Source: Lophium mytilinum
Taxonomy: Eukaryota
DNA length: 64,000 nucleotides
Direction of reading: 5' to 3'
Assembly (NCBI GenBank): GCA_010093605.1
Contig: MU004198.1
Span: forward strand, 1,056,726 to 1,120,725
The notes beneath the pieces are model-generated. The model did not search any database. It was not told where the DNA came from and was given only the letters and a program-made list of their open reading frames with translations. Every line of letters begins with the position of its first letter. Position 1 is the stretch's first letter. Positions 1 to 13,372 of the stretch are shown in pieces. The position numbers were made by a program, and so were the translations under genes.

Positions 1-265
1 GAATGAAAACATATGGTTGAGTCGTTCAAGTATCGGTTGAGACGAGTCTTATTGAATAAATTCATAGTACTACGGATGTCCCATTTTCTGAATTATGTCC
101 CTCGAAAAGACCACCTCATAGAAAAGCCACAAAACCAGCGGTGTCATTTAAAGGAACGTGTATCAGTGTTCTCCAACCAACATTTCTCTGCTTGCAATTT
201 ACGTTCTAGCATAATCCGTCCATCACCGCTACTACTATGAACTGCCAGAGAGTGATGCATCCGTT

Positions 266-3200
266 TCAGCCATAGACTTCACGCGGGAACGTTGGCTCAG
301 TCACTGATTGTATCTCTGGCATGCGATGCGGCAGCGCTTGAGGCATTGGCAGATGTTCTGCCTCCGTGGGGGTCGAAGCAGATTCGTTGGTCGAAGGGCG
401 ACGTTGAATCTTGATCGGCACAAGCTGTTTCAATTTCTTGAACCCGTATCCGACCAAGGAAGAGTTGAACTTTTTACTCATCTCCTCAAGCGAGATCGCC
501 TGATATCCGCGAGGTTAGCCAAGGTCGAAGAAGCGCAAGATGAACGAGACGGAGATCAGGTAGCCTACATGATCTGTGGAGGGGACGAAGAAGTAGACAA
601 GAATTGCTCCAATAGCGCTCGTTCCGCTGCACGGACGGGTCAGTCGAATGCGGACTGTCTATCCTATAAAACAGAACTCACGTGAATACTCCAAAGAGCC
701 TAGAAGCTCCCCATTTGAAGCCTCGCGGTACAAAGAGGGCGAGAATACCGGAACCTGAGACGTTAAATTAGACAAGTGTGCGTGGCCACACGGCCTTGGT
801 TATTTCTAGATGGGGTATTGTCTTACCTACGAAATTCCAAAAGACGCCCCATGACATTCCGACCTCTGTCATCTGGTTAGTACTCTGTATGTGAACCAAC
901 GTTGTCCATAATTTCGACATACCTCGGCCTTCGTTCGGCCAAACTTCTGCCGTATATATGAAAGGCACGGCACCAGCTCCAGGAGCATAGAAGAGAGTGA
1001 AAAACATGATGAAGACAATGACCACCCCCACCTTGTGAGGGTTCTCGTTGTCCAAGCGCAGTAAAAGAGCAACGCAGAGTAAAGAGACTGTACCGCCAAT
1101 TAGTGACACAAGGAGCAATGCTCGTCGCCCATATAATGCCTTTAGCAAACGCCTCTTAAAAGTCTGTCGATTCTTATGAGGCGCAACGGGGTTCACCTCC
1201 GGGTCGACAGGAAGAGGTTCGATAAGGAAGAACGCTATGATGGAAAATATGGTGAGTCCAGCACTCCAGCCCATGGAGAAGCGTAGACCGTCTTTGTCCG
1301 CGTGATTGTCGCTATTAAAGCCCAGGTCTGATAATACGAAGAAGGTGCTAGCAAGAAACGCAAGAGTGCTGTTGGACATTAGAAATTCGTCAAAAGATTA
1401 TTCGAGCATGAAAGACGATTGCCTACTTGATTCCTGATAGCTGTCTAATGTAGATTATCAGCGATTAGAGTTAGGACCCAATTTGACGGTAGCACGACTT
1501 ACTGAGCAACCATCTATCGAATTTGGTTAGCATAATTAACACGTTGAGCTTGGTGAAATGCTATTACTGACTACAATCCACGATGCTATCGCGGCACGTC
1601 GGTTTCTTGACAGCGTCAGCCTCAATTCTTCTCCAGGACCTATGTGAGAAAGATTACCGAGCAATAGTGACTAGCTTAGGAAGCCGTTCGCTATATCCGA
1701 TCGGACGTTGATATATGTCCAAATCGACTTTCTCCCGATGAAACAAAGCCCGTTCGGTCTATGAGGACTTTGTCAGCCATCGGTGATCAAAGCTTGGAAA
1801 ACCTAAGATTGGTATTTACCTGAACTTGAAAATATATGTAACAGAACTCCTCTGCTGCTAGTACTCGCTCTTTCCGAAGCTTTACGAGAGTGTGGAATGC
1901 CTAAAAAGATCGATTTAGCAAAGAGACTAGTGTCGCCTTTCTTGTGCAGGCGATGAAGCGCGAGCTGACCTTTTCATATTTTTGCCGTGTTATCAACCAT
2001 CGTGGGCTCTCGCAACCAAGGTATGTCGACAAGAGCAGAAGCAAGGCCGGGATGGCACTAGTGAGGACTTGATTCCGCCAATTGTTGTGGCAGATATATG
2101 TCGCGCAGCTTCCCGCAAATATGCCCATGGCGTTGAAAAACTGCCACGAGACGAGCAAGCGTCCTATTCAAATCAGTCAGGATATCTTTACTGTCGAACA
2201 CTAACATAGGACAGTCACCTCTTTTGGCTGGAGGGAGAATCTCCGACTCCCATATTGGCACAATAGACGCTTTGGCTCCAATACCGACCTGTTCCATGCA
2301 TGTGTTAGTCATTCTCCACACTCAAACAAACGGACTAGAAAGAACAAACCCCAACCAGTAATCGAGAACCGAGAAATTCTTCCCTAAGTCGTATTTTAGA
2401 CGATGATCAACAAAATAGTAGTTGTGCGACGTACCAGGACTTCGCTCTGCCACCCCAAATAGAACCTCCAAGGCTGCGATCATGGTTAGGAATACCACGC
2501 GGAATGTCACATACGAGCTAGATTACGCACCCGAATGCTGCAGCAATAAAGACAGAGCCACGTCTAAGGGTAATTAGCCAGTATTACTAGAAAGGAACCC
2601 TTCATAGCTGCGGTTGAAACATACCTGCCAAAGAAACTTGAATAGCAGACTGGATCCACCAAAAATGGTCCACATATAGCCGCTCCGAACCACATGATTG
2701 CTAAGACATTGTCAGCTCTTTCCGATTTCGATACTGAAAGTATGATTCGATATACCATTCACGATGCCAAATATCCAAATGTCTCGTCCACGCCCTGTTT
2801 GCTGCGCCGTTACCGTAAGGCCGAACTCTTGAGGCCACCCTGAAATTCTGTCAATTATATATAGTCTCAGACCTCCTAGGATTACTAACCAAGGTTACCA
2901 TTGGCAACTTGATCCCATCCTACATTGTGTCAGTCCCTGGTCAAACTCTAGTAACAAATTTACGCTACGTGTTCTGTTCAACAAGAAGCGGCTGACCTTG
3001 AGCCATAGAGGCAATACAACATGCGACCTAATGTAAATAGAACGTTATTAGCAAAGCTATGACTAGAACGTAAGTAAATTCCAACATCTTACCATCGTGA
3101 CCAAGAGGTCTTTCGGTTCATCCCAAAAGATTTTAGACTGCTGGACCTTGATAGCAGACCACTCGTGCGGCTCCAATAGCGACTGATCAGACACCAGTGA

Positions 3201-3580
3201 TGATGCTAGGCTTCCTCGTCGTCGGTCATTGCTGCCTTGACTTTCAAGATCTTTCGGAGGATCGTGATAGCCGTAGTCTACGCAGATAACGACGGTCAGC
3301 TTGGTCTTGGGTAGTATACCGGGATAGGATTGAACCTACTTCGGGCGAGCCTCGCACCAACCTGCAGTTCGTTCTCCGTGACGATATGTTTACCTTCGAA
3401 ATGTTTTGCATAAAGCGTCTTCACATGTTGTTTCAAGGCGGGAAGATCAAGCTCCTCAAAGGGATTGTCCTTAAGCTTGTCTTCCTCCACAACAGACTGA
3501 GAGTTGCTTGGTTCCTCTTTGACGTTAGTCCGTGATAGGTCTCAGCCCGTATTTCGAAAGCGTACCTTTTCTTTCCCCAT
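266..3580 (-). CDS. MFS sugar-porter (sugar/inositol transporter-like) family protein, many introns; exon boundaries approximate
   Basis: Minus-strand exon fragments carry sugar-porter motifs in order: GIGAKASIVPIWESEILPPAKRG, LVSWQFFNAMGIFAG, CESPRWLI, YGRRALLL, FYAPGAGAVPFIYTAEVWP and EVGMSWGVFWNF. Probable ATG at 3580 (MGKEK then GTACGC donor). Fragments are separated by short GT..AG introns. Confidence 0.8.
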
Positions 3581-5384
3581 GGCAGTTATGGCGGTTTCAG
3601 AAGGCGATCAAAAGCGTGAACAACTCGATGCTGTAACGTTTATGGCACAACGCATTGATTTGTAGGTTCAAGATGTCAACTGAAGTCCGGATCCACCCCT
3701 ACGAAGCCCACGGAGCATTCGCCCTCTTACCAGGGTTATCGCAGTTCATGTTCCGTAATTAGAAATATGGTTGCCTCGTCTTGAACAGCTCATGCATTAG
3801 GACGCGGCATTAGTACGCGATGGCACTGCCCCTCAGGCTACATATTCAGCAGACGAAGTGGAGTGGCATATCACTTCCGGGTCTATTCAGGGGCCTGCCC
3901 TGTGAGGCTGTGACTGCCATTTGCTTTTTGAACTAGGATGGTGCGTATTCTATCTGAACCAGGTAGCCGTCTAAGGTGATTGAACACCCCAGTTTTTCTA
4001 GTTCAGATACAGCAGTCTTCCCGTGAGCCTAAGCTAATGAAAGAGACGGAGTCTATAGCGCCAATTCTATCACAGCATGACTGTCAGCGTTAGAACAGTC
4101 GAGAGCTAATAAGGTCTCGCTCATCTCCAAGAATAATGCGATAGATCGTCAACAACCGGTCTGGTCACACAAACGACAAGGAAACTTTACTCTTGAGACT
4201 GATGGAACAACATGCATGCAGCATGTGAATGCATGCAATGGTTTGCGTATCTCGTCAATGCTGCGCGAAAAAGGATTTTCAACCCTGCAAAGGTTATTCC
4301 GGCCAATGGAATCCCTTTAATCCGCTTCCAGAGTCTTAATATACCCTTGCAAGCACCTCCACACAAATCACTGCATGCGTCCATATGCTGTAGAAGGCCA
4401 AATGGGACATACTCGAAAATGTGATGATCAGCATCAGTCCTTCTTTGAAGACGTGTCACAGAGTCTACCCGCATGAATGCCTGTGACAGATGATCAGCAA
4501 GACTAAATATAACGCGACTGTGAGGCTCGGGGTCACAAAAGTGGCAGTCTTCCATACTATAATTAACTTAAGCGAACTGCCAGCTTCTGTGACCCCGAGC
4601 CTGACTGTTCACCGGTCTCACTTGCTGGTAGATTGGACGCCAAAGGAAACAGATGGGAAGCCGGGCGTAATGCTGAGTGTAGATTCGTTCTTAGCGGTCA
4701 AACCTATGAAATTTTGCACGGACTAGATCGCTGCGGTGCGGCCCGGGGAGTAAGCCGTGGTTGGACGATGTGGGGTAGCATGCATGTGGGTGTCTCAGCC
4801 TTGTACTTCGACTTTCTTGATATGCATGTCAGCGCCGGATTTGGGTATGATTATCGGACTGCGGTCTTTTTCGATTGTCAAGCGACTGGAGGAGCCCTCC
4901 TCAACACCACTTTTTGGATCCGGCCGAGGTCCTGTTGTACCCTGTCACCCACTATCAGGCGTAAACTTATGCAGACTTATCGTAAATTTGACGCTAAAAG
5001 GGCAAGACTTCGAAGATTGATAGCCTTCGGAGACCTTCGCGTGGCCAGATTCGTCAGATCCTGCACTAATCCACGGTTGATAAATGGAGATCGTTGGCAT
5101 GCGGCAATGTGCGCAAGGTGTACGCTGGAGCGGCATCGGATGACCATGCAATGGTGAATGATCGGCGGGCACCAAAATGTATGCGTCAAAACGAGGCAAA
5201 CGTACCAAGGTGGTAGACCATGTCCTTCAGATGTTCGCGCTCTTCTGCAGTCTCATCCTCTTGCCACAAGGCTGCATTGAGTCGTTAGCGCTGGCTAGGA
5301 AATGACATCACAATGAGCTCCCATGTCTCTCCCCGTTTCCTTATACCCAAGCTCGAGATGATATGAACATTCCGTTTGACAACG

Positions 5385-6845
5385 ATGGATATCACCGAGC
5401 TTTGTCACGGTTGTGCAGATGTCGAAGTCGTGAGGATGACAGGTGCGTAAGCCCAATCAACAGGCTATGATCTGGAGGCTGTGAACAATCTAACGAGTCT
5501 CCAGGTGATAAAGAATGGTCGTGTACTAAATTGAAACCAGGCGTTTTCCGATCACAGGGCGCGAGCGAGAATTCGGTAGAAATACTGTATGTGTTTGATC
5601 AGTCGCTCAATCCGGGAATTCAACTGAGAAACATGCAGTATCTTGAAAGCAGACGCCATTCGAAAGTGTGAGAAGTGTCGAGAGTACTTTACGTAAACTT
5701 TCAATATGCCCGAGCTGTGGTGGAGTTCTTGGTGTCGGAGATCGAATGGATATTTTGGCAGTGAAAGAGGAGATGGCAGAGGGAATTTCGATGCATACCG
5801 TAGCTACTCCCTAGCCCCAACGTCAAACTTATGGCTAATGTTTGCTGCAGAAACGTGGTTTCGATTCCAGATCAAGCCGACGTGGGTAGACAAATCCACA
5901 GGAAAAGCGCACTATGCCTGGCACAAGTTCAACATCTTTACCCAATGGATGGAGAGTACCAAGCAAACCGTCATTCTGCTATTTGATCCGCATCGAGATA
6001 TCAAAGTACCTCTCTTAAATCATTTATCCCACAAGCTGTACAGTAGCACTGTCGAAGTCCCGTACACGATGCACGTCTACTTTCTCGAAGAGCTTGTTCG
6101 TCTCCAGAACGACGCAGTGTGGTCAATTCGGGACCTCGTCCGAAATGCCGAGAAGATACGGGCAGAAGAGAACGGCATGGTAACGCAATCCGATTACGCC
6201 CGATTACACGACGTAGCGAGACACGCCATCCACGTTTCAGAAACTCTTGACGTTGCGATAGACACCGTAGAGGCTATGAGGAAAGCGTGCAGTCAGTTCC
6301 TATTTGACTATAGAGATGGCGTTGCAGGAATTCAGGCCTGTAGCAACTTTGAGTTCTTCCAGAACGTCCTTCGTGGCCTACGTTCACGTTCAGCCTCCAA
6401 CAAAGACCGACTGTTGAACGAGATCCAGTTTTCGTTTAATGTGATTGCGCTCAAAGACTCTGAACTTGCTCGCTATGATTCTGAAGTTAGCGTTCGGATT
6501 GGTCGAGAGGCGCAGACGGACGGCAGAGCCGTGAAAACATTGGCATTTCTTACTCTTGCGTTCCTGCCTGCTACTTTCATTTCCGCTGTCTTCAGCATGT
6601 CGTTCTTCAATTTCAACCCACAAAACGGAAAGTGGACGTTATCAAGCAAATTCTGGGTCTATTGGGCGGTCACTATTCCGGTCACTTTGCTGACGATACT
6701 GCTGTGGTCTCTTTGGTCTCGGTCTCCATTGCCTGACGTACAAGCCTCTAGTCAAAGCCAGAAGGGCGGGGTCCAAAGTAGTCAAAGACCCATGAGATTT
6801 GTCTCAACTTCAAGGGATGAGGAAAAAACCATTGAAGGTGTTTGA
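5385..6845 (+). CDS. Fungal CorA-like Mg2+ transporter-family membrane protein (possibly disrupted by an in-frame TAA at 5694-5696)
   Basis: ORF 5706-6845 has the fungal CorA-like C-terminus DGRAVKTLAFLTLAFLPATFISAVFSMSFF...FWVYWAVTIPVT (two TM helices) and the LHDVARHAIHVSETL segment. Upstream exons are inferred from ATG 5385 and GT-AG introns. A probable in-frame 51-nt intron lies at 5800-5850. Confidence 0.8.
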
Positions 6846-6933
6846 GTCCTTGCTGCGTCTAGTAATCCATATCTAAAGAGTTTTGACCAAATGCGATACT
6901 TCATGATCAGCGCTTACCAAGTTACCTGGTCCC

Positions 6934-9391
6934 TCAACTTTCTGTCCGATTGACCAATGCTCTTACCGTCACCTGATTTTCACTTGACCTGTGTGGCAGT
7001 GGAGATGGTCTTTCGCGGCCCAACTTTGCTCCTCCTCGAATGAGTAACTGTACGAAGCCATAGTCTGGATACTTGTCCACAGTAGTGTAGTATAGTGCAG
7101 TGCGGCCGTTCGAGTCCGTACCATTGATATCCACATGCCGACCAATGAGACGTATCGCAGCCTCTCTATTGACCGTTTTAGCACAGTAGTGGATAGCCCG
7201 GACACCGGAGTTGTCCGCTGCGTTCACATCGATGCCGTTATCACACAGAAGATCGATAATTTCTGCGATGATACCCATTTTAGAGATGTTGGAGATAACT
7301 CTGCCAGTACCGAGCGCAACGTGAAGCATATTGCGTCCTTTTGAATCGGTTGCTGCGATGTCGATAGTGGTGGGGTCCTGGAGGAGATGTTTGACAGTCT
7401 CCAGATTGCGTTCCTTACAAGCTTGTAGTAACTCATTTGTCTTCTCCGGGTTCGTCTAGGGTTCAAGTTAGTATGCCTATTTCAAAGGGCAAAATTAATT
7501 GCTCGACCTGGGAAGGGATTCTGACCTGGGGAATGCTGACTGTTGGTGTTGTAGGCTCGAGCAAAATTTCTGTGACGTTGACTTCAACTGTGACTAGTGG
7601 TTTATCTACATCTGGCAAGCAAATTTCCACTTCTCCTCTAATATTCACCACTTTTTCGATTACGCCGAATGGCCCATCATCAGCGACCACTTTTGAAGAC
7701 GGAATTTTAGATTCGCTTTTGCCGGCGATCGTGATCACTTCCGTACAAGTTGTAATTGGGACAACATCGTTGGGCCTAAGCGCTACGGCAAAGAGTTGCT
7801 GGATAGGTGAAGTGAAAGTGTTTCTTGATTGCACCGGCAACGGCCGTTCACCTTCTGTGTTCGAAGATGAAAGTAAAGTGGGGGAACAAATTTGAGGAGC
7901 GGATGATCCCGGATCAAATCTATAATTGACATCACGTCCCGAAACTTCCTCGGCATTTGAACCGTCTTCGATGGTATCAACGAGGGTATCGACGAGAGAG
8001 GGCTGAGACCCATAGCTGGAATCCTGTGAGCGCCCCACTGGTAATGATCTACTATAGGGTGATTCGAGCTGGCGATGGGCTGTAACTGTTTCCTCTGGGG
8101 GTTGAGATATCACAGTAGTCGCGCGTTTATCCTTTCGTGCGATGTCGTACTCCTGCGTGTCCCTTTCCGATTCCGAAGGCTCTGTCTCATAGCCATGGTG
8201 AAGGTCTTTTAGTCGCGAGGAAGGTTTCTTCGATGAAAAAATGCTTTTACTCCCTGTCTTTCTGGGATTCGAGCGCAAGCCCAAAGCAGCTCCCTAGACG
8301 TACGTTAGGGGAGCTCGACTAAGTACGTCGTGTCGTGGCTGACTCACTAGACGGTGTCGTTTGCGCGACGACCCTGATGCATCGTGCATCCTCCTCAAGA
8401 CTGCCTTCATACACGCTGCCGCAGTCGCCGACGCGTAAGGTTGCCATTCCTTCCGCTTATGGCTGTCTGCATAATCGCAAACGCCTTTGATAATGACCAC
8501 AGAGGAGAAGCTTTCAGGAACTCCGGCACCTTCCATCTCAAACCCGATCACACTGAACTCCTTCACCTTCAAGTCTCGATCCTCTCCAGACTTCATTACC
8601 GTGTCCCCAGATGCCACTGCGCCGAAGTGAATCAAGAGATTGGCATCTGCAGAGCTGGTCTTTACCATCTTCTTTAGTCTGTCGCGAGGCACTAGACGGG
8701 TCGGACAGCAATTCAGATCTTCGCAAGTCGCCTTTTCAGCGGCCGAGCAAACTTCACTTTGAGTCCCCCGACACTGGCAATATAGAGATTGATCGTGATG
8801 CTTATGGAGGAAGTTTGACTCGTAGAGCTTGTCTGCCTGCGGACCGGGACATTGCCAAGAAGAATGGTTGAAGCATTTTTTGAGGTTTCCGGAGCAAAGT
8901 TTTATCAGCCGCTCGCGGTCCTCTAGCTTCAACTTCCTCAGGAAGCCACCCATGTCTGGTGCTGGCACGCGACAACCTGTCGCGCGAAACCTGTCGGGAT
9001 ACTGCTTGCCTTCGTCGTACTTCTTCAGTTCCGTGCTGATTATGACATCTCCAAGAAGAACATCGTCCCCATCTGCTTTTGGCGCTCCGCCACAGACGCC
9101 GACGATGAAGAACTTCTTAATGTTTTTGAAGCTGAGCTTCAAATCTCGTCCTATGGCTGTTGTCGAGGTTTTGCCGTACGCGGAAGAATACACAAGGACC
9201 ACGTTGGTTTCTTCGATTCGGCCTGCAGTGTACGTATTTTCATCGAATTCGTGCTTTCCCACCCCATCCTCGCCATCCTCCCCGTCCGTCCATTTGTAAT
9301 CGAATATCTCGAGGACAGCTTTTGTCTCTACTTCCAAGGCGCATAGTATAGCGATCTCGAATTCCTCGCGATCCGGGACATTGTGAGACAT
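6934..9391 (-). CDS. PNP_UDP (nucleoside phosphorylase-like) domain + low-complexity linker + ankyrin repeats; 2 introns (8294-8347, 7456-7525)
   Basis: PNP_UDP motifs IAILCALEVE, DENTYTAGRI, VGVCGGAP, DVLLGDVIIS, HFGAVASGDTVMK and GFEMEGAG..IKGVCDYADSHK. Both introns are phase 0 with GT donor, CTAAC branch and TAG acceptor. They join the three ORFs into one frame ending in ankyrin repeats (DSKGRNMLHVAL, DVNAADNSGVRAIHY, DINGTDSNGRTALYY). Confidence 0.85.
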
Positions 9392-10792
9392 GGCGAGTCT
9401 GATGGGCCTGGGGCCCCTCACATCAGGCTCCGCGCAGTAATCATACAAGATTTCAAAGTTCAGCTAGAGCTAGAAATGGCTGAGGCAGCCATATCTCTGG
9501 GTTTTCTTGAAGCGAGCGAGTGGGTAGTTGATAATGGTGTTCTCAGCCTTCCTGCTTCTCAAATCCGGCCCCGCTCGGATAAGAATCATGTGGACAACGC
9601 CGATCTTTGATAAGGGCATCCAGCTGCATATGGATACTGTGGGGGTCAGCCGTCATGCAGCTAATGCGATTGCCTGATGCCTTTTACGCCCCGTTCCCAA
9701 AAACCACTCGCTTTTAGACCCCAGTCAGGCTGTAATGCAATGCATCGAAAGAGGCCCCAGCCTTGCATATTTCCAATTTTGGTGCCCTATCATCTGCCGG
9801 GTCAGGAAACTTAGTTTGTCAGTACCGCGGGGCGATGCAGAATTTGCGGAAGCACGGAATGCTCCACCCCAAATTGAACTTCACCATCGTACATAACCGG
9901 ACTCTCAGAGGGATGTTCTCGGGGAACATCCGGAAGAGCCTGGATGACCTTTCTATCGTAACATGAATCCTGATGTAGTTGTTTGAGAGGATTGGCGACC
10001 GCTCTAGGAGCTTCCATCCACCCCCTCTCTGCAACTTACCAACCAACTCAAATCCAACTCGGCCCTAAAATGCCACGTCACTAGAGGATGGCCAGAGCGG
10101 AGCCAATTCCAGCTCTTTGGTAGCGACTTCTTAGCAGGACAGGGGCTTGTGGTAACGAGGTGCCACCTAGGGTGAAGACGGAACACTGATACTGCGAAGG
10201 TAACATGGCCATTGACTACGAGAGCCATCCCCACACTGCACAAGCCTGACAAGCTATACTCGATCAACAGCGAAGCCGTTTACCAGTTGCCTTAGGAACA
10301 GTCAGAACCTTAGCCTTTCGCTACGTCTCGACCTCAGGACGATCCGAAATAGACCGTGTCAGCTCTCAATCCCTTAATGACTCGATCACCAAAATCTTGA
10401 CGTCCGTGGAGGGCAGCACCAAGCTCAGCATTAACAACGCCGATGAGGTCGGTCAGTATGTGTGTACTATCATCGGCCTGGGTGCTGGACTCATCCTGGC
10501 GCATTCTGTAACCTTTTGGGCACGGTGCTATTCTCTCCAACTCGATTTCATATCCATAAAAATTGTACAGTTTTACACTTCGTCCACCACACGATGGGCA
10601 GATAAGGCACATCGGCGTTCAATACGGTACGGCTAATATAACAGATGCGACAACAGCACCAATTCTAATCTCAATCATAATACTTTACTTCTTTAACAGT
10701 AAAATCACATATGCTTCTTATTCAGGTCACTGCTACGTATACACATATCAGTGAACTATCGCGGGCTTTAGACGTGACGTCTCCCGGCCTTG

Positions 10793-10926
10793 GCCTCACT
10801 TGCACTCACTCAAAGCCTTACTTGCACTCACTCACAGCCTTACTTGCACTTACTCACAGCCTTACTTACAGCCTCACTTACAGCCTCACTTGCACTCACT
10901 CACAGCCCTACTTGCACTTACCTACA
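10793..10926. repeat. 22-bp minisatellite (GCCT(C/T)ACTTGCACTCACTCACA), ~6 units including shortened 12-bp variants
   Basis: Directly visible tandem units cttgcactcactcacagc / cttacttacagcc. Confidence 0.9.
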
Positions 10927-11000
10927 AATACCAACTTCCTTGATATCCGCTCGTCGATTGACACCCAGCATCACCATTCTACCGACGCAGACTGTTCGCA

Positions 11001-12771
11001 ATGGCATCTCCGGCCGCAGCCAGACGTCGTCCGCCGTCCGAAAATACTTCCGCTGAATCCACCAAGTGATCCAAGGTCGCCAAAGTAGCAGGTGGCCCCG
11101 AGTACCGGCAACAAGCCACAGGCCGCACGATCCTGGAGCGGGCAGCTGAAACACCGCAGCATCGAAACCTCGTTCGCCTCGCTATCGCTCTTGCTACATC
11201 TATCCAGCGTTAGATTAAGGGTGGAGAGATTTTTCCACCTGCAGCAATCTTCGACGAGCTGGTCAAGCTGGACTCCACAACGACCCCAAGTCCGCAGGAC
11301 CCGCCTAAACAGGCAACCGAGACCTTATTGGAACGGTGTCTTTCCCCTTTAGGACTCGAACTAGCAATCCTCGGCCCGTCTGGAGCGATCGAGGAACATC
11401 AGACGCCGATCGAGACCTTCCAGCCAAAGCTTGTGTTGGAGCTCAATCGCACCTCTAACGCTTGGGCAGGCGTGGCCAATGCGAAATGGGTTGCAGATGC
11501 CGCTGATGCGCCCGAGCGTGAGAAGGACGTGTATCCCGTCAAGGCGGGCTTCCGACAGCTCCACTCCGACGCCGATATGACCACTCTCGGCCAGTGGTTT
11601 GACAAGTTTCTGGATAGTCAATCGGACGTTGCTGCGGAAAATGGAGTACCCGTGAGAGACCGTGTGATATACGCACCTGACGATCTGGCTTTGTATACGA
11701 ATTTCTGGAAGGGTCCCGAAGACCTTGTCACCTCCGCTACACGATTGCTGTAATTAGCGGTCGAATACGAAGACTTCGTTGAGGAGACAGGCTCGTATAT
11801 GTCCTTGCGAGCCTTGCATTTCATCACTGGGGATTTCTGGCCGTCTCCGACTCCCAGCTAATGTGGAATGATCTTGACAGAAATCAAGTCATCGAGAAGA
11901 GGGACGTTGCCAGGTTTCATTATCAAGTCAAGCTCCTACGAGACCAAGAGATCGCCCAGTTTCCGTTCCGCCACACTCATCCACCTCCGGAGTTGCTACC
12001 TTCCACCTACAGCAAGGACAACGTCTTCCTCTTGCTGAAGAGCCAGGATGGCAAGACCGCCACATGGCGTCGCGCCACTCTCCCGAGGTCGTCGAGGTCA
12101 AAACTTTGATGAAAGAAGATTTTCCACTGCAATTTCCACTCTTCTTCGATCAGTATACCGTCCTCGTTCAAACCTGGATGGCGGAGCGCCGGTCGGAATA
12201 CAAAACAGTCTGCGCCAGCAGGGTTGTCGGTGATGAACTATTGCTGAAGAACGTCAAGAAACCTTGCGCAAAGCCGCAAACAGATAACCCGGCCATCGCC
12301 AGGTTCACAGAGGAGCAGGGGCCGGGACCTCGCGTTGACTTGACACGACTAGTCACCGTAGCAACAATAGAGGATGACAAGAAGATCATCGGAGGAGTGG
12401 TGACTATATTCAGCTGGTCCGGCACGGCTTTTACCTCAATCAGAGTGGACGTCAACACGGAGGGTAAGATCGCCCAGACCCTGTATGCACGTCAGAGGAA
12501 TTTCACGGCTGAGGTAACCGGCAAGTTCGTCGAGTCGATTGCCGCCTCAGCGCAAACGATACTGGCGGTACCGGATACGCCCGCCGCCGCTGCTACCGTA
12601 CTCGCGTACACGATGAGATACGCCTTGGCTGGTGGAGATTTCGAGGATTTGAAGATCGTAACTAACCCTGCGATGGTTGAAGGGCAGATGGGTAGGTTCT
12701 CAGAGTTGGCGAAGGCGGAACTTCAGACGATGGTACTCAATCTCATGGCTGACGACAGTGTCAAAGAGTAG
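11001..12771 (+). pseudogene. Disrupted gene of unknown function
   Basis: Coding-like sequence from ATG 11001 is interrupted by in-frame TGA/TAG/TAA stops and by frame changes between ORFs 11328-11753, 11861-12109 and 12064-12771. No recognisable family motif. Confidence 0.5.
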
Positions 12772-12844
12772 TGTTGGCAGAAAAAGCACGCCCCGCCTAA
12801 GATCAGGGGGACCGGAAAATAAGCGATGTTATAATACTCCTACA
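12772..12844 (-). mobile_element. Solo LTR (73 bp) of the same family as the element at 27166-27690
   Basis: TGTTGG...CTCCTACA, near-identical core to the 72-bp LTRs at 27166 and 27619, flanked by a 5-bp direct repeat AGTAG (12767-12771 and 12845-12849). Confidence 0.9.
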
Positions 12845-13372
12845 AGTAGCACTCTTCAGCAAGCCGAGGGGACCCGTTTGCCTGAGGATCGCTCGCTATT
12901 GAGGGTACACTGATTCCATCATTGATCCCACCTTCGAAGATCCTGAGTTTTGCTTCCCTGCAATTTTCAACAGGTTTGAGAGGCGGAAGTCCCCTCCTGG
13001 CAGTTGAGTTCCCGTGGAACATAAATTCACCAAATGCAAGAGGGGCTCCATCACAAAGATCTGCTTCTATACTTGACTTCGCGTCATTGGTGCTATAAAG
13101 AATAGCTGCTACTCACTTCAGGAGCACTTCTTAATCGCCGATGCACGTGATATACCACAGGTATGTCCACAGCGTCACTCCTGGTCGATACTTGAATCTC
13201 TTGGGGCAAAAGACCTGACATCAGTGAATGATTCTCGACAAACTTTCGGCACTTTCCGCCTGACTACATCCGCCGCGACGTCACACCATAAAATGCCACC
13301 GCATCCACCGCACACAACTACTTCCTCCTTTTCCTTTCACGAGTGAACCACCAAGGCTGGCACACCACCACC

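Noticed and set aside
4187..5208. Several overlapping 70-174-aa ORFs
   Set aside because: No recognisable domain; they lie in the divergent intergenic region between the MFS and CorA-like genes.
10793..10926. Telomeric repeat, or coding repeat in ORFs 10711-11088 and 10790-11056
   Set aside because: The unit is not TTAGGG-like, and the ORFs are by-products of a stop-poor minisatellite.
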